From: Reclinomonas americana ATCC 50394
Lineage: Eukaryota
Length of the DNA stretch: 48,285 nucleotides
Direction of reading: 5' to 3'
NCBI GenBank assembly: GCA_048213135.1
Contig: PS015169.1
Coordinates: 85,733 to 134,017, forward strand
Part shown: positions 36,401 through 46,800 of the stretch, piece by piece
How the letters are laid out: each line of letters opens with the position of its first letter
Numbering within the stretch: the first letter of the stretch is position 1
Position numbers and translations under genes: made by a program
Notes under the pieces: generated by a model
Database searches by the model: none
What the model was told of the DNA's origin: nothing
The model's input: the letters and a program-made list of their open reading frames with translations, nothing else

Positions 36401-36673
36401 TTACCTGTCCTTTCGTCGCTGATGGTCAACGAGCAGCTGCCACCGCTGAATAAGGATGGTCAGGTTCCCGGGGGGAAGGCTTGGCCCCCTTCGGCAGATG
36501 TTCTCCACGGCGGCGATAGCAAGAATCTTGCCCCCCTACCCTTCGTTCCAGTCAATGTTACTGAGGTAGTCCATGACCCACAGTATGTAGCCGTGAGTGC
36601 ACACGCGGCGGCTGCGGAGGAGAAAATTGGTGAGGAGGATAACGGGTGGTGCCTTTTTGGATTGTTGTGTTAA
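33460..36673 (+). CDS. Dynamin-superfamily (Mx/DRP-like) large GTPase with predicted N-terminal signal peptide, poly-Asp and poly-Pro tracts; 768-aa model
   Basis: Exons 33460-33534, 33617-33791, 33855-34009, 34074-34306, 34485-34617, 34686-34834, 34939-35221, 35288-35698, 35775-35781, 35859-35992, 36056-36217, 36284-36673 (2307 nt, all GT-AG). G1 VVVAGLQSSGKSSLLE, G2 GFCTKSP, G3 FVDLPG, G4 FTKMD, then a helical stalk-like region. The GTPase call is firm; the 5' and 3' exons are less certain. Confidence 0.85.
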
Positions 36674-36704
36674 CGGCGATCATGAGTACTTCTGTGGGGA
36701 GAGT

Positions 36705-36753
<49 letters not shown>

Positions 36754-36877
36754 TTCCTTAGAGCATTCTTGCGGTGCCAGTTGAATACAGTTGGATGATA
36801 TCGATGCGTCACAAAATGCTGAGCGATTAGACGAAAATTGGTATCTTGAGAGACGTCGACGTGTTATAAAGTTCCAA

Positions 36878-37591
36878 TCACAGCTCGTCACCATTACAAT
36901 CACGGAGAGCGCCATGCTCGAGAAAGAGACTCATGAGTTGCACATTTTCCAACTCGCGAACCCACTGCACGACATCGACATCATGCATATTTTTTCGACA
37001 TAATTGATCCGCCGGCCACACCGCAAGCAACAAACGAACACTATCGAAGTCCATGTTTCTGACGGCCCACATGAGTGCACTGTCGCCGTTGTTGTTGAGT
37101 TGCGTTATGTGTTGCACAGGAAGTCGCTTGATCAACTCTTCGAGCGCCGGCACTGCCGAGTACCGCGCCGCCAGCAGAGCCAAGTTGCTGCCGCTGCTGT
37201 CGACCTGCAGTAGCTCCAGCGGTGGAGTCGCTCTAACCAAAGCCACCGCCGCATTGCGACGACCATGTCTGAGCGCCAGCTGCACCGCAGTGCGGCCCTC
37301 GTAGTCTGTGAGTGACAGCGTCTCCGTCGCCCCTTCCGCCGCTAACAACTGACGAAGTGTCCGCACGCGGCCACTGGTGGCAGCCTGCATGACAGGAGTG
37401 CGCCCGCCATCGTCACGAGTATAAAACCAAGCGCGCTTTGGCGTTCGAAGCAGCGCGAACAAACTGTCCTTGCCGCGCTCCACAGAAGTCGTCAACAGCT
37501 CGGCGTTCGCGGAATTTGCTGCTGCGCTGTCGAAGCTTACGGATCCGAAGTCCACATCGGAGCCATGATCATCAGAGCCGGCCGGCGCCAT
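36878..37591 (-). CDS. Ankyrin-repeat protein (about 5 repeats), uninterrupted 237-aa ORF
   Basis: GRTPVMQAATSGRVRTLRQLL, GRTAVQLALRHGRRNAAVALV, GSNLALLAARYSAVPALEELI, GDSALMWAVRNMDFDSVRLLL. The frame is open further upstream to 37843, so the start is uncertain. Confidence 0.85.
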   Translation of the reverse strand: MAPAGSDDHGSDVDFGSVSFDSAAANSANAELLTTSVERGKDSLFALLRTPKRAWFYTRDDGGRTPVMQAATSGRVRTLRQLLAAEGATETLSLTDYEGRTAVQLALRHGRRNAAVALVRATPPLELLQVDSSGSNLALLAARYSAVPALEELIKRLPVQHITQLNNNGDSALMWAVRNMDFDSVRLLLAVWPADQLCRKNMHDVDVVQWVRELENVQLMSLFLEHGALRDCNGDEL

Positions 37592-37876
37592 GGAAATCAA
37601 GGGTCTCGTTTGCGATGACCAGCACTGCAGAAGAGCGACACTGACGGACAAGGAGTTGGCGAGAGACGAAAAGAGGCAAGGGCATTTCACGGAACTCAGG
37701 GAAAGAGTCAAAAACATGTACACTAATGCGGAGGAGAAGGAGAGAAAAATGCAGAAAGTCGGACCCGGGGACCAGAAAGAAAGGGCAAGAGGTCGGAAGT
37801 GAGCAGTGTGCAAGTGTGAAAGTGGGACACAACAGATCAGCATGACTGCATGAGATGCAGAAATGCGAGTCGCTAT

Positions 37877-37911
<35 letters not shown>

Positions 37912-38312
37912 GTCTGTCTCTGTCTCTGATCTCTCTTTTTCAGTGTGTCTGCGCGCATGTGTGTCACCAGCACAGTCTCATATTCATGCTGCACAATTGC
38001 AAACAGTCACCTCCATGCGCTGCACACTGTCACACTGCACTCTCTCGCACGCGCACACGTTTGCACGCCCCAATTCGCATAGCCCACAACCACACGCGGA
38101 CACCACAAACCTGCAGAACCCAAAAACGAAACAAAACACAGCAATTGCGATGTTTCTGCACACTTCCCGAAGCCTGACTACGCGACCCATGACGACTGGA
38201 CTCGTCGATTCTGTCTCTTCTGTCTGTCTTCTGGGGTCTTGCAGCAGGTGGTGGGACGTCATTCATTGGCCTATTTCTCCGAAGTTGTCCTTTTGCTTGT
38301 CGCAAGGGAGCA

Positions 38313-39028
38313 ATGATGCCAACTACACGAGCTGGTTCTCTGCACCCCTTGCGCTTTGTGGCATATGCTGGAGTCGGTGCAACAGCGCGCTACCTCTTCG
38401 GGTCCGACTGCAGGTATGTCCACCCCAAACACGCATTCTCTCGATCTCATGATCACTCTCACTATGTTTTGAGTGTCCGCAGTGTATGGTTGTCACTCTT
38501 CTGTCTCTTGGCAGTAATCGCTGCTGAGTGTCTCGCGGCCACCCATGGCAGCACGCAAGGTCAGTGTGCGACGAACTTGAAAGAAACACGCGCGCTATTT
38601 GTGGACCCTTGAGATGGATGATGACTTGCCTCACGTGTCTATTGTCTCCAGTTGCCGCAGGTGCTATTCGCAGGCAGGAGGCAGTTGCGACCCCAGTGTG
38701 GATCGCTGGTGGTAGAATGGCAGAGCTCTGGGGGAAGAATGGGCCCGGGCCACGGCCTGTGCGACTTGAAGATCACGCTGATGACTCTCTGCCAGCGCAA
38801 GACTGTGGCACGAGTAACGCTCTTGTAGTCCGCACAGTCTTCTTCCCATGCGCTCATGTCGTGCCGGCGCCTTGTCGCACTTCATGCCTGCACACATCCA
38901 AGTTGCGCGGTCAAAAGTAACTGTTTCTGCGATTGAGACTTTGCTATGCGTGCTCATTCCCTGCCAGCTGTCCCGAGTGTGGAGTGTCGATTACCGGTAT
39001 CTGCAAGCTCTACACAATGCCCTCGTGA
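38313..39028 (+). CDS. Membrane-anchored RING-like protein, divergent paralogue 1 (5' end uncertain)
   Basis: Exons 38313-38413, 38483-38559, 38652-38901, 38968-39028. Hydrophobic segments followed by DCGTSNALVVRTVFFPCAHVVPAPCRTSCLHTSNCPECGVSITGICKLY. Same intron phases as, and visible similarity to, the next gene. Confidence 0.6.
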
Positions 39029-39464
39029 GCGTACGCGAAGGCTGCACTTGCGCATGCGCATGCGCGCGCCAAGTTCCACACTGCAGCGTGGCCGATCAAT
39101 TCGACAATACTCTCGGTGCTTGCCGCGAGTGCCTGCTGCTTCCTGTCAACGGAGAGTGCATTATCCCTCACTCACTCCCACGTACTTGTTGATCAGCACT
39201 GGCCATGTGTTATAATTATTTGATGTTTCTGCGCAGTCGCTCTTGTCGCGATCGCTATCGCTCACCTCGCTGTCGCTCTGTTACTGCCGCTCTGTGTCAC
39301 TGCCGCTCCGTGTCGCTGTCGCTCTGTGTCGCTGTCGGTTGTGCCGCTGTCGACGTCGCTCGTTGATCATGACTCGCTGCGCTTTACCTTCCAAATCTTC
39401 TCTTTTAATCCTTTGTGAACGCGTAAGTTGCTCTGTGAATGCACATTTGCGCGTCCACGGTGCG

Positions 39465-40542
39465 ATGGTTGAGCAACTGAGGCTCCTGCTTGTCGTTGTT
39501 TGTCTGGAGAGTGAAGTCAACTTCGCATCATTATGTGTAATTGCGGGACCTGCTTGCGTTCATTTTGCTATTGCGGATGCTATGCGTGTGGTGCCGTTGC
39601 TCCCGTATCGCTATGCAGTGTATGTAGCTGTGGGCGCAGTCGCCCACACGCTCTCGGGGCACTGGTTCGTCATCTATGCTCTCTCTCTCTCTCTCTCTTC
39701 CTGTGCACGCGCACACTCTTTCCTGCACCTGCCGCTCACTATTGCACATTGTTTTTCCGCAGGGCATTGTTGTCGTTCTTCAGCGTCTTCCTGTCAGCTG
39801 TGTTTGTCATCGAGATCTTCGCAGTCAATGTTTGCAAAGCGCATGGTTAGTGTGTGGTGGAGAGCGTGCATGAGAAAGTGAGAGAGGTGAGCGAGATGAG
39901 GGATGAGAGGGATCGAGAGTTCGAGTGTGCATGTGTGTGTGAGGGAGAGAGAGAAGGGCATATTGTCAGAGAGCTTGCTTGTTTGCATGAGTTCCACGAC
40001 AGTCGATTGTCAAGTTTGTTGTGCGTTTGGTGTAAGCTGTCAAGTGAGTCGTGATCTGGATGGCAAAGCCCTTACGATGAGCTTCGCGCTCTGTGGTTCT
40101 TGCACATGCAGATGTTGCAGACTCTGTCCAGATGCTGGGCGACGGGCCGAGTGCCGAAAGGAGGATGGCGATGAAGGCGAGCAAGAGGGCGCGCGCACAA
40201 GCGCCACATGAGGATGATCCAGTGCCTCTTGTGTGCAATGTCTGTTGCCACCGTGGTGTGCGAACCTTTTTCATACCATGCGGTCACGCTGTTGCCTGTC
40301 GGCAATGCGTCGATGAGATGCAGCGTCGAAACCAATTGACACTGTTGCGTTTGGAGAGTGTCTGTCTGACAGAGCGACTCATGATATGCGAGACCATAGA
40401 GCGAGTGCGTGCGAGAGGGACAGAATGAGTAATTCAGAGCTTACGCTGCTGCGCCAACTCGTCAGCGCTTATGTTCGCTTCACACTGCAGGTGTCCGCAA
40501 TGTCGTACTCCTATCTCCAGCGTCTGTCAACTTTGGACGTAG
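39465..40542 (+). CDS. Membrane-anchored C3HC4 (IAP/MUL1-type) RING finger protein, probable E3 ubiquitin ligase, 188 aa
   Basis: Exons 39465-39664, 39763-39845, 40112-40343, 40491-40542. Hydrophobic N-terminal half, then CNVCCHRGVRTFFIPCGHAVACRQCVDEMQRRNQLTLCPQCRTPISSVCQLWT* with all eight Zn ligands. Confidence 0.85.
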
Positions 40543-41558
40543 CAGTGGATCAGGAGAATGCAAGGAATTGCTAAAGGTTGAATGCATGAAAGACACCGGT
40601 TGTGAAATTGGAAAGTTTGCAANNNNNNNNNNNNNNNNNNNNNNNNNNNNNNNNNNNNNNNNNNNNNNNNNNNNNNNNNNNNNNNNNNNNNNNNNNNNNN
40701 NNNNNNNNNNNNNNNNNNNNNNNNNNNNNNNNNNNNNNNNNNNNNNNNNNNNNNNNNNNNNNNNNNNNNNNNNNNNNNNNNNNNNNNNNNNNNNNNNNNN
40801 NNNNNNNNNNNNNNNNNNNNNNNNNNNNNNNNNNNNNNNNNNNNNNNNNNNNNNNNNNNNNNNNNNNNNNNNNNNNNNNNNNNNNNNNNNNNNNNNNNNN
40901 NNNNNNNNNNNNNNNNNNNNNNNNNNNNNNNNNNNNNNNNNNNNNNNNNNNNNNNNNNNNNNNNNNNNNNNNNNNNNNNNNNNNNNNNNNNNNNNNNNNN
41001 NNNNNNNNNNNNNNNNNNNNNNNNNNNNNNNNNNNNNNNNNNNNNNNNNNNNNNNNNNNNNNNNNNNNNNNNNNNNNNNNNNNNNNNNNNNNNNNNNNNN
41101 NNNNNNNNNNNNNNNNNNNNNNNNNNNNNNNNNNNNNNNNNNNNNNNNNNNNNNNNNNNNNNNNNNNNNNNNNNNNNNNNNNNNNNNNNNNNNNNNNNNN
41201 NNNNNNNNNNNNNNNNNNNNNNNNNNNNNNNNNNNNNNNNNNNNNNNNNNNNNNNNNNNNNNNNNNNNNNNNNNNNNNNNNNNNNNNNNNNNNNNNNNNN
41301 NNNNNNNNNNNNNNNNNNNNNNNNNNNNNNNNNNNNNNNNNNNNNNNNNNNNNNNNNNNNNNNNNNNNNNNNNNNNNNNNNNNNNNNNNNNNNNNNNNNN
41401 NNNNNNNNNNNNNNNNNNNNNNNNNNNNNNNNNNNNNNNNNNNNNNNNNNNNNNNNNNNNNNNNNNNNNNNNNNNNNNNNNNNNNNNNNNNNNNNNNNNN
41501 NNNNNNNNNNNNNNNNNNNNNNNNNNNNNNNNNNNNNNNNNNNNNNNNNNNNNNNNNN

Positions 41559-41594
<36 letters not shown>

Positions 41595-41868
41595 CCGAGG
41601 CCTTGCTGCTTCCGGAAGCGCAAACTGTGAGACCTGTTAGGACCTGAAGACAAATCTCTGCGTTTGTCGGAGAGCGAAGCAGACCGCTGCCGCACGTGGC
41701 GACGCCGTTAAGAGGCGCACGTGCGCACCGTCCCTCTCAGCGCAGCGTACGCGTGCCTCAAAGGCCTTTGCGTGCCTCTGTTTGTCGGTGTCGAAATCCA
41801 TGCTCAACACATTTCTGCCTTTTTCTCTCGCACTGTCTCCGCGATGTCTACGTTCCTGGTGCATTGCT

Positions 41869-41934
41869 GATTGGGCTAAGCAAAGTGGCGTAAGCGCAAT
41901 ACTGGCGTGAAATTTCCCGTCAACTTTTTCGCGC
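41869..41934 (+). promoter_or_regulatory. Candidate inverted CCAAT box and E2F site(s) upstream of coiled-coil gene
   Basis: GATTGG at 41869-41874, GGCGTGAAA at about 41904-41912 and TTTCGCGC at 41927-41934, within 100 nt of ATG 41962. Motif match only. Confidence 0.4.
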
Positions 41935-41961
41935 GCTCGTGTACGCCGAGGCACAACAACA

Positions 41962-43796
41962 ATGTCGAGCGTGCGTCTCTCAGTCTCCCAGTCTCTCTCT
42001 CCCTATCACTCACTCACTCACTCACTCACTCTCTCACTCACTCACTCACTCTTTCGCTGTCTTTGCTTCTGTCAATTTCTGTCACACTTGCTATCACCTC
42101 CTTCCCCTTTGTCACTCTCACTCACTCACTCTCNNNNNNNNNNNNNNNNNNNNNNNNNNNNNNNNNNNNNNNNNNNNNNNNNNNNNNNNNNNNNNNNNNN
42201 NNNNNNNNNNNNNNNNNNNNNNNNNNNNNNNNNNNNNNNNNNNNNNNNNNNNNNNNNNNNNNNNNNNNNNNNNNNNNNNNNNNNNNNNNNNNNNNNNNNN
42301 NNNNNNNNNNNNNNNNNNNNNNNNNNNNNNNNNNNNNNNNNNNNNNNNNNNNNNNNNNNNNNNNNNNNNNNNNNNNNNNNNNNNNNNNNNNNNNNNNNNN
42401 NNNNNNNNNNNNNNNNNNNNNNNNNNNNNNNNNNNNNNNNNNNNNNNNNNNNNNNNNNNNNNNNNNNNNNNNNNNNNNNNNNNNNNNNNNNNNNNNNNNN
42501 NNNNNNNNNNNNNNNNNNNNNNNNNNNNNNNNNNNNNNNNNNNNNNNNNNNNNNNNNNNNNNNNNNNNNNNNNNNNNNNNNNNNNNNNNNNNNNNNNNNN
42601 TCTCTCTCTCTCTCTCCCTTTCCCCTCTCACCCCCTTTCCCCCTCCCACAGCCCCCGCCTCCCCCTTCACCATCAACGGCCACTCCCCGAACCCCACCAC
42701 CCGCCACCCAGTCACCGTGGTCGTCGGCGACTCCTCGCGCTCCTCGTCATCATCAATGGAGATTGACAGGTGCGCTCCTTTCCCCCCTGTCCGCTCTCCC
42801 TCCCTCCCTTCTCACCTCCCCACCCCAGCCTCGACGCCGACAGCGACCGACTGGTGGCCGTGTACCAGCAACTCGAGAGCGTGGAGAGCATCATTCAGCA
42901 CACCGACCACACCGTCATGCAGTTTCGCGACATGTTTGCCAAGAAGCAAGGTTGGTTTGGTGGTGCACGGCAAGGTGATTGCGAGAGCCGCCCTCACCCC
43001 ACCACGTCGCGCAGACGAATGGGATCGAAAAGAGGATGCGCTGCGCACGGAGTTGGCGAAAAGGGATGTGCTTCACGACGGTCGCGTACGGGAGCTGGAG
43101 ACGGCGCGGCGTGAGTTGCAGGACACGGTGAATGCGTTGCGACAGCAGGTCGGCGATAAGGATTTGTTGTTGGGTGATTATGCGGATCGGTGAGTGTGAA
43201 GGGGTAGAAAGGCAAAGGGGGAGGGGAGGGCAAGGATCACTGCTTTCGCGCGACCGTTTGCTTGGATATCCGTCTTCAGAGACCTGTCTCTCTGGATTAT
43301 TGTGCACCACTTTGCATGCTCTTCTTTGCTGTCTTTTTTTATCGATTATTGTCTCTGTCTTTGCGGTGCCGACGAATGCAGCTGTCTGTGTTCTTCATGC
43401 TCTCTGGCTCTCCTGTGCGTTTTCTTCCTCGTCGTCCTCACTGACTTGCACTGACTCTCCATTTCTCTCTTCCCCCCTCCTTCGTGGCTCTCCTCTGCTT
43501 GGACTTCTGCTCGTTATCTCTCGCAACCACTCGGTCTGTCTTTCTATTTTCCTTCGTGCGTTGCTTCCCCTGCCGTCAGTGTTCATTCCCTTGTCGATGT
43601 CTCTCACTCACTCGCTTGTCTCTCTATTTCCCTATTGTGTTGCTCATGTGCGCATTTCTTCTTTCCCTACTTTCTGGCTCTCCTCTGTTAGTTTCTTGCT
43701 GGTAATCTCTCTCGCTCTGTCTCTCTGTTTCCCTTCTTCTTCGGCTTCTCAGCTGCTTTGGCATATTGTGCGTTCACTCGGCTCTCGGTATCTCAG

Positions 43797-43827
<31 letters not shown>

Positions 43828-46800
43828 GTTTAGTCCTCCTCTTTCCCAACTTGCTCGTTCCGCTTCCAGTCTGCCACTTGCAGACTCTGTCTCCATCGCT
43901 CTCTATTCCCCTCCTTTTTGGCTCTCTTCTGCTTCTTCACTTGCTCCCGTTTTTCTTCCTCATTTTCCGTCGTGCGTTGCTTTCCCTACCCTCTCGTGCT
44001 CGTCGCCCCGCTCGCTCACTGCCCATTTCCCCGCATACACTGCTGTCTTAATATCCCCTTCCCTTACTTTCTGTCTCTCTTGCTCCTATTCTCGTACTCG
44101 TCGTTGCTCACTGCCGCACTCTCTTGGTTTCCCTATATCCCCTCGTGTGTTACTTCTCACGCCTTCCGGCTTTCCTCTGCTTGCTGTTATGCTCGTTGTT
44201 CCACTGACTCGCTGTCTGTTTCTTCTCGTGCGCTGCTCAATTCATATTTCCCCTTCATTTTTATTTTATGGCTCTCGTGTGCCTCTTCAGTTCTCGTTGT
44301 CTCGCACTGCGTCTCTCTCTGTTGCCCTTCTCGGCTTAACCCCTTTCCGTTCCCCCTCACCTCTCCTCGCTTCTCCCTCGCCCTCACCACCGATTCCCCC
44401 ACAGCGAGGAACAACTCTCCTCGCACCTCGAAGCAACGCTGCAGCAACTGACCGACGTGAAAGCCAGCGAGCAAAGATTACAAGAGTACGTTCATGCGCG
44501 GCAATTCTTGTATGTTCACCTGTCACTCATCGTAAGAACACAGAGAACTCTCTGCACTGCGCGAGGAACGCAACAATCTTTCCACCAACTGCCAGGGCCT
44601 GAGCGACATGGTGGCGAGTCTCACCGATGAGCTGCGCAATTCACAGGTTAGCTATCTCTCACTCCCACTCTCGCCCCGTCCATACTCCTTCGATTTATAT
44701 AATCTCTCACCCCCTCTCCCCTCCTTCCTTCTCTTGTCTTTCTTTCCCCCTCCCTTTCCCTCCTTCTCTCTCATACCACAGCACGCTGGCGCACTCGCCG
44801 CCCTCCGCCAAACACACATTAATGACATGGAGACACTGCGTGAGAAATTCGCCGCGGAGAAGCGCCAGCTCCTGGCCTCCATCGGTGCGTGCCATGCCCG
44901 TATATCTCTGAGCGTCGTGCTCAAGACCTGACTTTATTCCACAGCGGCCACCGGCTCACGTGGCGCCGACTCTCCCGCCCCGCTGCACGAGGAGCGCGCC
45001 AAGTCGTTGGCGGAGGAGGAAACGAGGCGGCTGCGGGTGCTGGCCATGGAATTGGAGCAGCAGTTGGAGGATTCGGAGAGGAGGCGGTCGATGAGTGATC
45101 AGATGTGCGAGTCGATGCGGGAGGAGGTGGAGAGGTTGACACAGGAGTTGTTGGTGAGTGATCAGGGGGGAGAAGGGTGAAGGGAGAAGGGGGAAGGGGG
45201 AAAGGAGGGAAGGGTGAAGGGGAAAAGGAGGGAAGGGTGAAGGGAAAGACGGAGGAGAGATGGAGATGGACAAAAGTCATGGAATTGACGTGTGTCAACT
45301 GCTTAGCGTGGGACTCAGAAACTGTCACAATGTTGCCCATTTTGAAAGCGATATCTTGTCGTGTGCTCTGTCTCTCTGATTGACTGTACTTCCCAGGCCT
45401 CTTCTGTACTGTGCTCTGGTATGTGCTCTCTCTCTCTCTCTCTCTCTCTCTGTGAGTGAGACCTGACACTGCTGTTCACTGTTCTATGATGTATTTTCTC
45501 AACAACACGCTCATGCATTCTGCCTTTTAGAGGGATTCGCAGACGCTTCACTGCGCTGTATGCTCTGCGTGCTCTCCAATCGTGCTCGTTCTTTCACTCA
45601 TGCTCTCTGTCATGTCTCCTTGTTTCTCTTCAATGCACAATATTCATCTCTCTTTCTCTCCCTGTCCATCCTCTCTCTTGTCTTTCTCTCTGTCGTGCTC
45701 ACTTTCGCACAAGCATATCTTGCTCACTCTCACTCTCTGTCTAGCTCTCTGTCCTTGTCTTGTCTGTCTCTATCCGTGTCTCTGTCTGTCCTTCTCTCTC
45801 CCGCACACATTCTCTTGCTCTTTCTCTCCTTGGCTTTCTCTCTGTCTCTGTCTATCTGTCTCCTCATTCGCACACCCGCATGGAATGTCGCCTCAGGTTT
45901 ACGAATGCTAACTTGGTTTTGCTTGTGTCATTCACCCTTTCGGTGTTCTTGATATCTTTCCGCTTCCCTTCCCCCAAACCAACACACGCACACCTCGGTG
46001 GTCTTTCCTGTCCTCTCTCGAATGCACCCTGTGTTATACGGCACTATGCTGTTCTCTTCACTTCGCTCTCAACAATTTCCTTTGTCGAATTTGCTGTAAT
46101 CCACTCTATTCATCCTTTTGCTGACTTTTTGCACGCAGACTCTCGAGGCCGTCACCGGAACCGCCGACGGCAGTGCAGTGGATGCCATAGGTACGTCGCC
46201 TGCTTAAATCTCCGCCCTTTTCGCAACCCCCCTCACCTCACTCTCCCACCCGCAGTAATTGAAGAGCGCGTCCATGCACTGCGAGAGACCTACACGAAGC
46301 AGCTCGCGTCGGTGACCAAGGTCCGTGCCTTGCATCGCCAAAGGAGACGATGGTCGCCGCTCATTCGTTCTTCTTTGGTGCAGTTGCTGGCTTCACGGGG
46401 CGGCGACGAAGCCATGTCGATGACCGAAGTACTGTCGCTCATGCAAGAGCAGTGTGAAGGGTTGCAGGTGCGAGTGAGCAGAGTTTGGCAAGTTCTTGCT
46501 TGATTTGCTGCTGACCACCGTGCGTTCCCATAGCGATCGAATCGCGAGCTCATCGATGCAGGACGCCGAATGCAAGCCGCGTTGCAAACAACGAAACAGC
46601 AGCGGTGTGTATATATGGAGAACTTCCTCTGTGCGATATGGGTGCCTGAACATGCTCTGGCAGGGACGTGAAAGTCGCCGATCTGGTCGACGTCGAGGAC
46701 TATTATGTCGGGCAGCTGGAGCTGTGGAAGGGCGAGCTTGAGCATGCAGTGGTGTGTGTTCTATCATCCTCCGTCTCTTTCTTCATAATTTAACTTTCTC

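Noticed and set aside
36781-37003. Extra 3' exon of the dynamin-like gene overlapping the ankyrin gene
   Set aside because: An AG exists at 36780, but the ORF is mostly antisense to the ankyrin C-terminus and I found no convincing phase-compatible join; the stop at 36673 is simpler.
41590-41801. Possible first exon(s) of a minus-strand gene (MDFDTDKQRHAKAFEAR...) running into the gap
   Set aside because: Plausible given the nearby promoter-like region, but too short and without motif support.
1003-43193. Long ORFs in the track made of poly-G/SL/ER/KE, repeat translations or X runs (e.g. 5124-6458, 10128-11165, 19472-20341, 23063-26077 as one ORF)
   Set aside because: They read through microsatellites, introns and N gaps that lack stop codons; the real exons are a subset.
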